Assembly: GCA_041654355.1 (NCBI GenBank)
Contig: JBAZDQ010000007.1
Location: forward strand, 3,258-67,257
From: Bacteroidales bacterium
GTDB taxonomy: Bacteria; Bacteroidota; Bacteroidia; Bacteroidales; UBA932
Direction of reading: 5' to 3'
Length of the DNA: 64,000 bases
The stretch's first letter is position 1. Each line of letters opens with the position of its first letter. The notes beneath the pieces were generated by a model that saw only the letters and a program-made list of their open reading frames with translations, was not told the DNA's origin and made no database searches. The translations under genes were made by a program, and so were the position numbers. Below, piece by piece: positions 7,536 through 17,964 of the stretch.

Positions 7536-10535
7536 ATGTTTATGAAAAGACTGATGACTTTTTTGCTTGCGGTCTCGCTTTTCTCCCTGACTTCCGCTTA
7601 CGCTCAGTACGAAGTAAGGGGGACTGTCGTTGATGTCAACGACCTGGCGGTGATCGGAGCTACGGTTCTGCAACAGGGAACCACTAACGGCGTCACAACA
7701 GATCTTGACGGAAACTTCACTTTAACAGTACCTTCTCCCGAAACGATGTTGGAGGTATCCTACCTGGGATACCAAACCATAGTGGTTGCTGCAAGAAATG
7801 CAACAAGGATCGTTATGCACGAGGATTCAGAACTGCTGGAAGAACTCGTGATCATTGGCTACGGTACTGTCAAAAAGAGCGATATGACAGGTTCCGTTGT
7901 CGCGATCAAAGCCGAAGATGTCAACCGCGGAGCGGTTGTATCACCGGACCAGATGTTATTGGGAAAAGTCTCCGGATTGCGTATTACACCCGCCACCGGA
8001 CAGCCCGGTTCATCGGCAACAATAAGGATCCGTGGGGCTGCATCCCTGAATGCCTCCAACGATCCTCTGATTGTTATAGACGGAGTTCCTATCACGGGGG
8101 ACGGAGGAGCCGGAATGGGAAATCCCCTGGGATCTGTAAACCCGAATGACATTGAAAGCTATACCATCCTGAAAGATGCCTCGGCAACCGCCATTTACGG
8201 TTCAAGGGCTTCTAACGGTGTGATCATCATCACTACCAAGAAAGGTTCCGGAAAAGGGGTCAATGTAAGTTACAATTCCAGTTACTCGGTAAAACAGAAT
8301 GCCTCTCGTGTAGAGATGCTTTCTGCCGATGAGTACCGGACATTCATGTCCACAACTTACGGCAGCAACCAGACCATCCAAAATCTTTTGGGTGATGCCA
8401 GTACAGACTGGCAGAAAGAAATTTACAGGTTATCCTTCAATACGGACCAGAACGTCAGTGTTTACGGATCCACTTCTTTCATGCCTTACCGGGTGAGTCT
8501 GGGATACAACCTGGATCAGGCCACTTTAAAGGTCGGTGACAACCAGCGAGCCAACCTGGATATCAGCCTGTCGCCGGAATTTTTTGATAAGCACCTGACC
8601 ATCAATGTCAATGCAAAAGGAATTTATCAGAAAACCAACTGGGCCCCTACGGGCGCTATTGGAAATGCCCTGGCATTTGATCCCACAAAACCCACACATT
8701 TCACCTTCTGGTTTGATCGGGATGTGATTGATACATCCAAAGCCAACGGGTACTGGAACTGGTTCAACAGCGACGGAAGTGCCAATACCATGGCAAGTAC
8801 GAACCCGCTTTCCACATTGTATGATTATACCAATTATAATTATACGCTGCGGTCCATGGGTAATATCCAGCTTGCCTATAAGGTCCACGGACTGGAAGAT
8901 CTGACGGCCAATGTAAATGCCGGATACGATGTGGCCAGCACGCACGGCGAGCGTTTCAATGCTTTAAACTCAATTTCCGCCATGCGTTCCAGCAACGATT
9001 TGTACGTTAACTATGATAATTACAACCTCAATACACTGTTGGAAAGCTACCTCAATTACAACCATGATTTCCGTAACAGCAACCTGGATGTAATGGCCGG
9101 TTATTCCTGGCAGCACAACTTTGTTCAATATGATGAGGAACAGTACCGTAACACGGAACCTGACGGACCGGGAGAACATTATTATACGGCACCAACCAAT
9201 GCCAAGGAGTATTACCTGCTCTCTTTCTTTGGCAGGATCAATTACTCTATTGCCTCACGCTACCTGTTCACCGTAACGGTTCGTAACGATGCTTCTTCGC
9301 GTTTCAGCAAAGCCAACCGCTGGGGTTTCTTCCCCTCGGCTGCATTTGCCTGGAACGTGGCAGAGGAAAACTTCCTGAAAAACAGCAAAGCCATATCCGG
9401 ACTAAAGTTACGTATTGGCTGGGGACGTACCGGGCAACAGGATATAGGTTCGGATTATTATCCTTACCTGGCCCGCTACCTTTCCTCATCTGCTTTGGAA
9501 ATGAGGTACTTCATGGGTGACGGCTATTATACCACACTGGCGCCCCTGGCTTATAATTCCAATTTGAAATGGGAAACCACGGAAACCTATAACGTAGGTC
9601 TGGACTTTGGATTTGCCAACGACCGTATAACCGGTAGTGCAGAAGCTTATTACCGCTATACGTATGATCTGCTGAACGTCATTTCAACCCCTCTGGGTTC
9701 CAACTTTGGCAACAGCATCATATCCAATATCGGAAACATGGAAAATAAGGGACTGGAATTTACACTCAACTTTATTCCCGTCCAGACGGCAGACTTTCAC
9801 TGGTCTATAGGAGGTAACCTGACCCTTCAGGACACTAAGATCACCAAATTGACCACCCTTCAGACAGAAGGCTACCTGGGAGTAACCACGGGATCCGGAA
9901 TGGGAGGAACCGGTGGTTACAGTTCTTTGCATCGTGAAGGTTTTTCACCTTACACCTTCTATATGTTCCAGCAATTGTACGACAACGACGGCAATCCCGT
10001 TCAAAACGGATTGGTAGACCGTGATGGGGACGGTGAGATCACAGATGCCGACCGTTACGTAACCGGGTTTAGTCCCACTCCCGATGCTTTCTTTGGAATC
10101 AACACCCAGTTCCGTTACAAAAACTGGGATCTGGGCCTGAACGGGCACGGGTCAATAGGAAATTATGTAATCAACGGTGTCGCAATGGGCTATTCCACTT
10201 CCTACAGCGATGACTGGAACAAAGGATATCTGAACAACGTAAGTAGAGAATACCTGGTTGAAGGTTGGACAGCTCCGTCTGAAAACAACCAAAAGTATTC
10301 AGATATGTTTATTGAGAATGCATCCTTCTTCCGCATAGACGATATCAACCTGGGTTATACGTTTGACAATCTGAAATTCGCTAAAAGTATACGAATAGCC
10401 GCCTCGGTTCAGAATGTATATACCTTTACCAAATACAGGGGACTGGATCCCGAGATCATGTCTTCAGACGGTGTGGATTTCAATATCATACCCCGTCCCA
10501 GACTCTATACCCTGCGTCTTAATATTAATTTTTAA
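7536..10535 (+). CDS. susC: SusC-like TonB-dependent outer-membrane transporter
   Basis: Signal peptide, CarboxypepD_reg-like N-terminus (GTVVDVNDLAVIGATV...TDLDGNFTL), TonB box/plug (VIIGYGTVKKSD, ITTKKG) and a C-terminal aromatic end NINF. A SusD gene follows directly. Confidence 0.95.
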   Translation: MFMKRLMTFLLAVSLFSLTSAYAQYEVRGTVVDVNDLAVIGATVLQQGTTNGVTTDLDGNFTLTVPSPETMLEVSYLGYQTIVVAARNATRIVMHEDSELLEELVIIGYGTVKKSDMTGSVVAIKAEDVNRGAVVSPDQMLLGKVSGLRITPATGQPGSSATIRIRGAASLNASNDPLIVIDGVPITGDGGAGMGNPLGSVNPNDIESYTILKDASATAIYGSRASNGVIIITTKKGSGKGVNVSYNSSYSVKQNASRVEMLSADEYRTFMSTTYGSNQTIQNLLGDASTDWQKEIYRLSFNTDQNVSVYGSTSFMPYRVSLGYNLDQATLKVGDNQRANLDISLSPEFFDKHLTINVNAKGIYQKTNWAPTGAIGNALAFDPTKPTHFTFWFDRDVIDTSKANGYWNWFNSDGSANTMASTNPLSTLYDYTNYNYTLRSMGNIQLAYKVHGLEDLTANVNAGYDVASTHGERFNALNSISAMRSSNDLYVNYDNYNLNTLLESYLNYNHDFRNSNLDVMAGYSWQHNFVQYDEEQYRNTEPDGPGEHYYTAPTNAKEYYLLSFFGRINYSIASRYLFTVTVRNDASSRFSKANRWGFFPSAAFAWNVAEENFLKNSKAISGLKLRIGWGRTGQQDIGSDYYPYLARYLSSSALEMRYFMGDGYYTTLAPLAYNSNLKWETTETYNVGLDFGFANDRITGSAEAYYRYTYDLLNVISTPLGSNFGNSIISNIGNMENKGLEFTLNFIPVQTADFHWSIGGNLTLQDTKITKLTTLQTEGYLGVTTGSGMGGTGGYSSLHREGFSPYTFYMFQQLYDNDGNPVQNGLVDRDGDGEITDADRYVTGFSPTPDAFFGINTQFRYKNWDLGLNGHGSIGNYVINGVAMGYSTSYSDDWNKGYLNNVSREYLVEGWTAPSENNQKYSDMFIENASFFRIDDINLGYTFDNLKFAKSIRIAASVQNVYTFTKYRGLDPEIMSSDGVDFNIIPRPRLYTLRLNINF

Positions 10536-10547
10536 TACTAGGTAGAT

Positions 10548-12218
10548 ATGAAAAAGATTATGAAAAACAGTTTTATTGTGGCGTCAGCCTTTATTTTCCT
10601 GCTGACCTCGTGTATCAAAGATTTGAACACGTTGCCGCTGAATGAGACAGATGCTACCTCGGAGACCGCATACGCAGAGCCTGCCAGTTATTTGAACGGA
10701 TTATCCTATTTATATGGTTACTGGGCCCTTGTAAGTCAGAACGACATGGGATCCCCGGATATTGCCGTTGCCGATGCCGGACAAAGTGAGCTCACCCGTA
10801 TGTATATGGTTTTGAACGAACTCTCCACAGATTCCTTTAAGATCATCTGGGGAGACAATTACATAGTTCCCATTCAATACCATCGCTGGACATCAGCAGA
10901 TAACGAAGCCATTATTGCCGTTTATACACGCTGCATGAAAGGCATTACCCTGGTCAACGAATACCTTTTACAAACCTCCGATGAAAAACTCAACGACAGG
11001 GGACACTCCGGCGAGATTGCCACGGTGCACCAATACCGTGCCGAAGCACGCTTCAACCGCGCTTTGTACTATTACCTGCTTCTGGATTTATTCGGGAATC
11101 CGCCTTTTGCCCTGGAAGAAAATATTGGAGGTGAGTTGCCCAAACAGATAGGCAGGGATGCCCTTTATGCATGGATTGAAGGAGAATTGCTAGACCTGGC
11201 AAACAGCGAAGACATGCCGGGCAAAGGTGATGTCCCGTATCCCCGCGCATCCAAAGGTTCGGCATGGGCAGTTTTAGCCCGTATGTATCTGAATGCAGAA
11301 GTATACACAGGCACACCTCAGTGGCAAAAAGCAAAAGATGCCGCCGCTAACGTAATAGGTATGGGATACCAGTTGCATCCCAATTACCAGGAACTCTTTA
11401 TGCAGGACAATTCCACCAACGGGGCCACCCAGGAATTCATAGTCGGTGTTGTTTACGATAAGGACAATACGCAGAGCTGGGGTGGTACGACCCACCTGGT
11501 TTCAGCTACCTTAAGCTCAGATGCAAATACGGCTATAGCCCAAAACCTGGGGATCAGCGGTATGCTGAATCCCGAGACCTGGAACGGATATCACATTGCC
11601 GATGATTTCGTGCAACGCTTTAAACTTAACGGCGTTCAATGGGGAGCTACCTCCGGATTCGGTTACGACAGGGAAAATAGCGACAAACGCGCTTTCTTCT
11701 ACAACATCGGATCCACCAAAGAATTTGATAACACCACCACCGACACCGGCTGGAGGTGCTGGAAATTCACCGGTTTGTACTCCGACGGCCATACCGTATC
11801 AGATGCCGAGCCCAATTACAAATTCTCTTCCATTGACTTTCCGGTTTTTCGCCTTGCCGAGATGTATCTTATATATGCCGAGGCCGATGCACGTCTGAAC
11901 GGCGGTGTGGTCACCGACCCCTCTGCCATCGATTACATTGGTCAATTGCGCCAGAGAGCAGGTGTGGCCTCCACAACCCCTTCGACCATCGATCTGGACT
12001 GGCTGCTTGACGAACGTGCCCGCGAACTGATGTGGGAAGGACACAGAAGGACCGATTTGATCCGTTACGGATACTTCACCTCTATGCAATTTCCCTGGAC
12101 CCTGAAGGGAGGGGTGATGAACGGCAAGGTGTCGTTACCGGAGCACCGCAAGGTATATCCAATTATTCTAAGCGATCTGAATGCAAATCCCAACCTGGTT
12201 CAGAATCCCGGATACTAA
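10548..12218 (+). CDS. susD: SusD-like (RagB/SusD family) starch-binding outer-membrane lipoprotein
   Basis: Lipobox LLTSC, conserved SusD C-terminal motifs (FRLAEMYLIYAEA, ERARELMWEGHRRTDLIRY), and a position after susC. Confidence 0.9.
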   Translation: MKKIMKNSFIVASAFIFLLTSCIKDLNTLPLNETDATSETAYAEPASYLNGLSYLYGYWALVSQNDMGSPDIAVADAGQSELTRMYMVLNELSTDSFKIIWGDNYIVPIQYHRWTSADNEAIIAVYTRCMKGITLVNEYLLQTSDEKLNDRGHSGEIATVHQYRAEARFNRALYYYLLLDLFGNPPFALEENIGGELPKQIGRDALYAWIEGELLDLANSEDMPGKGDVPYPRASKGSAWAVLARMYLNAEVYTGTPQWQKAKDAAANVIGMGYQLHPNYQELFMQDNSTNGATQEFIVGVVYDKDNTQSWGGTTHLVSATLSSDANTAIAQNLGISGMLNPETWNGYHIADDFVQRFKLNGVQWGATSGFGYDRENSDKRAFFYNIGSTKEFDNTTTDTGWRCWKFTGLYSDGHTVSDAEPNYKFSSIDFPVFRLAEMYLIYAEADARLNGGVVTDPSAIDYIGQLRQRAGVASTTPSTIDLDWLLDERARELMWEGHRRTDLIRYGYFTSMQFPWTLKGGVMNGKVSLPEHRKVYPIILSDLNANPNLVQNPGY

Positions 12219-12239
12219 CAGACTATGATTCACTCATAA

Positions 12240-13334
12240 ATGATTACAATTATGAAATATACTAAATACATAACGTTGTTGGTCGCCTCGGTGCTGGTGT
12301 TGGTTTCCTGTGATATTGAGATAGAAAAAGCCTATCTGAATCCCACCAGCGATTTTCAGGCACCTGAGTTGCTATCACAGGGACCTGTGATAGTTAACGA
12401 AGACAACAGCAAAACAGAAAGCGTTGTATTTAACTGGACCAACGCGTCCTTCGGGCCGTCAGTTCAAATTGAATATTCGCTCTACGCAACGGCAAATTCC
12501 AAGACAGCACTTCTGGGATCCTCGTTCACCAATTCCTTGTCTATCAGCAAATCCGATATCAACGGAGTGGTCGCTAATGACCTGGGAATAGGTGTGAACC
12601 AAACGGCAAATATTAGTGCTTACCTGGTTGCCAAAGTATACGGCACCAATGTGGAAAACGTTACCTCAAATTCCATTTCCTTTGACGTAACTACTTTTGC
12701 TGCTTCATTACGCACCCTGTATATGCCCGGAAATTACCAGGGATGGGACATTGAAAACGCTCCTGAGTTCTGGGAAACAGACGGGGGAACCAATGTATAC
12801 AAGATCCTTGTTAACCTGGACGACGGCTCCGAACAGTATTCTTACTTTAAAGTTACTGTTGCCCGGAACTGGTCCGATGAAAACTGGGGGTACAATTTCC
12901 TGACACCTTCCTGGTATTGTCCGGAACAGTCGGATTCTAACCTCTCTGTAGACTTGACCGAAGGCAGCATTTATGTCCTGACTGTCAACCGTGGTAAAAT
13001 GACCATAGATAAGGAAGGCGTAAGCAAGGTCGGCATTATTGGGGCTTTTGATGAAAGTGCCTGGAATACGGATCTGGACATGACTTATGATGAAGTTCAA
13101 AACCTGTGGGTATCACCTGCCATTACATTCAGCGGAGACCTGAACTTTTTGATCCGCATGAACGAAAGTTGGGACCATAAATACGGTACCGACAACGAAG
13201 CCAGCCAGCATGTGGAAGGCGGAGTGAAACTGGTAAAAGGCGGGGCAGATCTTTATGCTCCTTCTACAGGGACCTATATTATGAAACTCCACGGGAACAG
13301 GACCCCTTACGTTTTAGTTATGGAAAAACAGTAA
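12240..13334 (+). CDS. SusE-like outer-membrane starch-binding lipoprotein
   Basis: Lipobox LVLVSC, a SusE-type N-terminal module (VFNWTNASFGPSVQIEYSLY) and CBM-like modules starting LYMPGNYQGWD and VGIIGAFDESAW. The start could instead be the ATG at 12252. Confidence 0.75.
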   Translation: MITIMKYTKYITLLVASVLVLVSCDIEIEKAYLNPTSDFQAPELLSQGPVIVNEDNSKTESVVFNWTNASFGPSVQIEYSLYATANSKTALLGSSFTNSLSISKSDINGVVANDLGIGVNQTANISAYLVAKVYGTNVENVTSNSISFDVTTFAASLRTLYMPGNYQGWDIENAPEFWETDGGTNVYKILVNLDDGSEQYSYFKVTVARNWSDENWGYNFLTPSWYCPEQSDSNLSVDLTEGSIYVLTVNRGKMTIDKEGVSKVGIIGAFDESAWNTDLDMTYDEVQNLWVSPAITFSGDLNFLIRMNESWDHKYGTDNEASQHVEGGVKLVKGGADLYAPSTGTYIMKLHGNRTPYVLVMEKQ

Positions 13335-13354
13335 CCGATTAAAGAGACGCAATT

Positions 13355-15916
13355 ATGAAAATATTTAAATATTTATTTGCTGCAACCGTTTTAAGCATGG
13401 CAGCCGTCTCCTGTGAGGTGATCAGTGAAGATGCCTTTTCCACGGCTCCCGTAGCCCCGGAAATGTATGCACACTCAGACATACTGATGACATCCAACAC
13501 TATGGAGGAACATGTGAACTTCTCCTGGAAACCGGCGCGTTTCCTGGGAGAAGGTCTGACCTATGACTTCTACGGAAAATACGGAGAAACGTCTGTAAAG
13601 ATAGCTTCCACAGCGGAACTCTTCTACAGGGTTCCCAAAACGGAGTTTAAAGCAGCCATCTATACCGCATTCCCCGATTTGCCGCAGAACGATACCTTTA
13701 CCCTTACATTTTATGTGTCGGTGACCAACGGATCGGACACTTACCAGTCGGATCCCGTAACCATTGATATCTATGCCTATGGTGATGCCGTATCGGCAGA
13801 ACTGACCCCACTTGTAGAGTCTGTTGTTCTGGATGTTACGGATCCCACGGGAGTACTGGAACTTCTTAACTGGAGCCCGGCCCGTTTAGGATACAACGAA
13901 CCCATTACCTACGACGTTTTAATGAAATACGGCGAAGGGGAATACGTATCACTGGCCGCAGGATTAACGGAAAGACAGTTCTCCATCACGGTAGATGAAC
14001 TCAACGAAGCCGCTGTGGGAGCAGGAGCGCCCGAAGCTCAGGAAGCCAACCTGGATTTCATGGTAAAAGCTTTTTCGGAAAGTTTCCAGACCGGCGTGGT
14101 GTCAAATACGGCAACCATAGCCGTAACTACTTACATAGCTACTTATCCCGAGTTTATTTATGTACCGGGAGCTTACCAGGGATGGGATCCCGCTTCTGCT
14201 CCAAAGATCAAACAATCTACGGTTAAGAAAGGATACTATGAAGGCATGGTAGACCTTTCCGTAGAGGGTGGAGGAAACGTGGGATTCAAATTCTCACCCA
14301 ATCCCGCATGGGAAGGAGACTTTGCCATAGACAACATTGAATTGACAACTTTCGGCGACGGTTATACAGCCCTGACAGGATCCGGAACTACCGGCGGTGA
14401 CATCACCGTTCCTTCAGGCATGTACAACATTATCCTGAACAAAAAGCTCAATACGTTGTATATGATACAGGTGGAAACACTCAGTCTGATAGGTGCGGCA
14501 CCTGTAGCCAGCAACGGCTGGGCCAATGATGTGGATATGGTTTACAATCCCGAGACGAACACATTTGAGGCTACAACAGAAATGCAGGAAGGTGAATTCA
14601 AGATCCGTGTAAACCACGACTGGACCCATTCTGCAGGTGGAGAATCTATTAGCAACGTAAGCTTTGGAACGGGTACAAACCTGGTCTTTGACAAGGCTGC
14701 CGCAGAATACAAAGTTGTTCTGAATGTAGGAGTCAATCCTTATACCGTTACATTTATCAATACCACGTTCCCGGAAAGGTTGTATGTACCCGGAGGACAT
14801 CAGGGATGGAATCCCGCAACGGCACCTGTTTTGAACGGTGATACAGAAGGACATTACGAAGGTTTTGTTAATCTGACGGATATCTTCAAATTCACCAGTG
14901 CACCTGACTGGGATCACACCAATTACGGAGGATCCTTTGAAGCTCTGGATACCGATCCCGGTGCAGGGAACCTGGCTGTTGACGCTCCCGGGTATTACTA
15001 CCTGAAGGTTGATCTAACCACCATGAGTGCCACGGCCACCCTCATTGAACGTGTGGGTGTTGTAGGCAGCTTCTGTGCCTGGGGAGATCCCGAAGATGCC
15101 GCCATGACCTACAACGCAGAACTTGACAGGTGGGAAGCTCAGGATCTGGCATTCCCCGTGGGAACCGAATACAAATTCCGTATGAACGGCGGCTGGGACA
15201 TCAACTTTGGAGGAGATCCCCAGAACCTGGTCCAGGATGGAGGCAACCTGGTGGCTGCCGAAGCCGGAATGTACACCGTTACTCTTAGTATTTCCACTAC
15301 GCCATACCACATGACCGTTGAAAGAACAGGTGATCTGGAAACAGCTTATGCCTCTGAAGTGGTTGTAGCAGGAGACTATTCGGGACACGCATGGAGCGCT
15401 ACCGATGATCCCAAACTGTTTGGACCGGGTGACGGCACCTATAAAGGAGCCATTACCATGTACGATCCCGAATTCGGTTTTAAAATTGTGGAAAGCGGAA
15501 ACTGGATCAGCGGACAGCTTATTGCCGACACCCAATTTGAATTCACCCTTTATACCGGGGACAACATGATGCTGGATAACGGCACTTACTTCTGGAATGT
15601 AAATCTTCCGGACCAGCACGCCACAGCTACTCCTGTTAACCTGGTGGGTCTTATAGGCAGTTTTGCCGGAAGTGAGTGGGGAACCGATATAGAAATGGCT
15701 TTCGACCAGGAAGCCCTGACTTACTCGGCAACCATTGATTTGGCAGAAGGGGATGAATTCAAGATCCGCTTTAACAGCAATTGGGACCTTAATCTGGGAG
15801 GGGACATTACTGCCCTGACCCATAACGGTAATAATATTATAGTTCAGGAAACCGGTACGTACCATATCGTTTTGGATATGGCCAACACTTCCTCGCTGAC
15901 TATGACAAAGCAATAA
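13355..15916 (+). CDS. Expanded SusF-like surface starch-binding lipoprotein (2 N-terminal Ig-like repeats + ~6 CBM-like modules)
   Basis: Lipobox AAVSC. Duplicated N-terminal modules (VNFSWKPARFLGEGLTYDF / LLNWSPARLGYNEPITYDV). Six ~95-aa modules start FIYVPGAYQGWDP, LSLIGAAPVASNGW, RLYVPGGHQGWNP, VGVVGSFCAWGD, VVVAGDYSGHAW and VGLIGSFAGSEWG. Confidence 0.7.
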   Translation: MKIFKYLFAATVLSMAAVSCEVISEDAFSTAPVAPEMYAHSDILMTSNTMEEHVNFSWKPARFLGEGLTYDFYGKYGETSVKIASTAELFYRVPKTEFKAAIYTAFPDLPQNDTFTLTFYVSVTNGSDTYQSDPVTIDIYAYGDAVSAELTPLVESVVLDVTDPTGVLELLNWSPARLGYNEPITYDVLMKYGEGEYVSLAAGLTERQFSITVDELNEAAVGAGAPEAQEANLDFMVKAFSESFQTGVVSNTATIAVTTYIATYPEFIYVPGAYQGWDPASAPKIKQSTVKKGYYEGMVDLSVEGGGNVGFKFSPNPAWEGDFAIDNIELTTFGDGYTALTGSGTTGGDITVPSGMYNIILNKKLNTLYMIQVETLSLIGAAPVASNGWANDVDMVYNPETNTFEATTEMQEGEFKIRVNHDWTHSAGGESISNVSFGTGTNLVFDKAAAEYKVVLNVGVNPYTVTFINTTFPERLYVPGGHQGWNPATAPVLNGDTEGHYEGFVNLTDIFKFTSAPDWDHTNYGGSFEALDTDPGAGNLAVDAPGYYYLKVDLTTMSATATLIERVGVVGSFCAWGDPEDAAMTYNAELDRWEAQDLAFPVGTEYKFRMNGGWDINFGGDPQNLVQDGGNLVAAEAGMYTVTLSISTTPYHMTVERTGDLETAYASEVVVAGDYSGHAWSATDDPKLFGPGDGTYKGAITMYDPEFGFKIVESGNWISGQLIADTQFEFTLYTGDNMMLDNGTYFWNVNLPDQHATATPVNLVGLIGSFAGSEWGTDIEMAFDQEALTYSATIDLAEGDEFKIRFNSNWDLNLGGDITALTHNGNNIIVQETGTYHIVLDMANTSSLTMTKQ

Positions 15917-15920
15917 AATT

Positions 15921-17957
15921 ATGAAAAAGAGCGCAATTATCCTTTGCGCCCTTTTCCTGATCTTTGCTTCTTGTCGCAAGGAACCTACTCCGGGATCTGA
16001 CCCTAACGACGAAGGATCTTTTGTCAGGGTCACAGACGCTCCCCGGGCGTGGGATGGAAACAAGCGAGCTGATATAACCTATCAGCTCCTTGTTTATTCA
16101 TTTGCCGACAAGGATGGAGACGGATGGGGTGATTTCCAAGGGCTTACAGACAAGCTCGGGTACATTGACCGTCTTGGAGCCACTGCCGTATGGCTTTCAC
16201 CAATTCATCCGGCCATGTCATACCACGGTTATGACGTAAAGGATTATACCCTGGTAAATCCGCAATACGGATCCATGGATGATTTTGTGGATTTTGTTCA
16301 GGAAGCACACAAACTGGACATCAAGGTATACCTGGATTATGTAATCAATCATTCCGGAAGGGAACACTGGTGGTTTCAGGAAGCCATAAAATCCGGTGAC
16401 AATCCTTACAGGGATTACTACATATTTTCGGATGATCCTGCGGCAGATATTACAGCAGGCAACATTGCCATGATCAATACGGAAGGTGCTGCAGGATACG
16501 ACAGCGGACAATGGTTCACGGTCTCCATGACAGGAGATAAAACCCTGAAGTTTAGTCTGGACTGGAGCAATCCGGCCCAACCGGAATTGATAGTCAGTGA
16601 AACTACCGGAACGGATCCGGACAATCCGGATCAATCTACGGAAAACGCCAAATACCTGTATTTTGGAGACGGAATACTGAAAAAGTTTTACGACAAAGGG
16701 AACGGACAATACGAAATTTCCACTTCTTACAGTTCATCCTGGGGTTTCCTGATCCGCACCAGTACCACGCAATGGAATAACAATACAAAATACGGAGCCC
16801 AGAGCAAATCAGGCTCAAAGATCACATTCGGAGAACCCCTCGTTTTATACACAAACGACAATCCGGATATTGTGTATGACCTGCAGTTACCCGGGGCTAC
16901 CATGTTTCACTCCCATTTCTGGACCAACTGGTTTGCAGACCTTAATTACGGGAGTGTGGAAACCGCAGAACATTCTCCAGCATTCCTGGCCATCGTTGAA
17001 GATGCCAAAACATGGATAGATGCCGGCGTTGACGGATTTCGTCTGGATGCGGTAAAGCATATTTACCACAACGAATTTTCAGATGAAAACCCGGAATTTT
17101 TGAAAAAATTCTACAATGCGGTAAACCAGTACTTCAGGCAGACACACCAGACAGATATCTATATGGTCGGGGAAGTGTATTCAGGGTACGAACAAGTAGC
17201 TCCTTATTACAAAGGGTTGCCCGCTTTGTTTGAATTTTCATTTTGGCACCGGTTGCAATGGGCACTTCAGGAAAGTACGGGCTTGTATTTTGCCAAAGAT
17301 ATCATTTCCTATGAGCAATTGTATCAACAATACAGGACCGGTTTTATACATGCTACCAAGTTATCCAATCACGATGAGAACCGTGCCCGGTCAGACCTTG
17401 GCGGATCGGTAGGTAAAACAAAGCTGGCTGCTGCTGTTTTACTGACATCTTCCGGATCCCCTTATGTTTATTACGGTGAAGAAATGGGTTATATTGGGAC
17501 CAAAACGAACGGCGATCTGTATGTCCGCAGTCCCATGTTGTGGGGTGACAGCTATACCACTACCTATACCGACCAGATAGATTCTTACCTTTCTACTGCA
17601 GTAGGGACCGTACTTACCCAGGAAGCCGATTCTTCATCCATATTGAATGTTTATAAAAAATTCGCGAGAGCCAGAAATACCTATCCGGCACTGTCCCGGG
17701 GAACTATGACAGAACACCCGGTTTACAACCACCAGGGAGCTTCTGCTTACAAATCCCTTGCAGCATGGTACCGGACCTCCGGTAGTGAAAAACTGCTTGT
17801 TTTTCATAATCTTGGCAATCAACAGATATCTTTTCCCGTACAGGATGATATTCAAAGTACTGTAGTCAGTATGGGAAATGTCTACCTTAAGGAATCCTCT
17901 GACGAATATACCGTGAAGATGGATGCCATGACTTCTGTTGTTTTTGCGATCAAATAG
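15921..17957 (+). CDS. susG: SusG-like surface alpha-amylase (GH13) with an inserted CBM58-like module
   Basis: Lipobox IFASC. GH13 regions: I VYLDYVINH, II GFRLDAVKH, III MVGEVY, IV LSNHDENR. An insertion of ~190 aa sits between regions I and II. Confidence 0.9.
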   Translation: MKKSAIILCALFLIFASCRKEPTPGSDPNDEGSFVRVTDAPRAWDGNKRADITYQLLVYSFADKDGDGWGDFQGLTDKLGYIDRLGATAVWLSPIHPAMSYHGYDVKDYTLVNPQYGSMDDFVDFVQEAHKLDIKVYLDYVINHSGREHWWFQEAIKSGDNPYRDYYIFSDDPAADITAGNIAMINTEGAAGYDSGQWFTVSMTGDKTLKFSLDWSNPAQPELIVSETTGTDPDNPDQSTENAKYLYFGDGILKKFYDKGNGQYEISTSYSSSWGFLIRTSTTQWNNNTKYGAQSKSGSKITFGEPLVLYTNDNPDIVYDLQLPGATMFHSHFWTNWFADLNYGSVETAEHSPAFLAIVEDAKTWIDAGVDGFRLDAVKHIYHNEFSDENPEFLKKFYNAVNQYFRQTHQTDIYMVGEVYSGYEQVAPYYKGLPALFEFSFWHRLQWALQESTGLYFAKDIISYEQLYQQYRTGFIHATKLSNHDENRARSDLGGSVGKTKLAAAVLLTSSGSPYVYYGEEMGYIGTKTNGDLYVRSPMLWGDSYTTTYTDQIDSYLSTAVGTVLTQEADSSSILNVYKKFARARNTYPALSRGTMTEHPVYNHQGASAYKSLAAWYRTSGSEKLLVFHNLGNQQISFPVQDDIQSTVVSMGNVYLKESSDEYTVKMDAMTSVVFAIK

Positions 17958-17964
17958 AATCAAC

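Noticed and set aside
15014-16063. 349-aa antisense ORF spanning the SusF-like/SusG-like junction. Other long antisense ORFs: 120-617(-), 18454-19110(-), 39047-39679(+), 49830-50459(-) and 53627-54169(-).
   Set aside because: Each lies entirely opposite a gene with strong family motifs and has low-complexity or Gly/Arg/Cys-rich composition with no recognisable motif. Such shadow ORFs are typical of this GC range.
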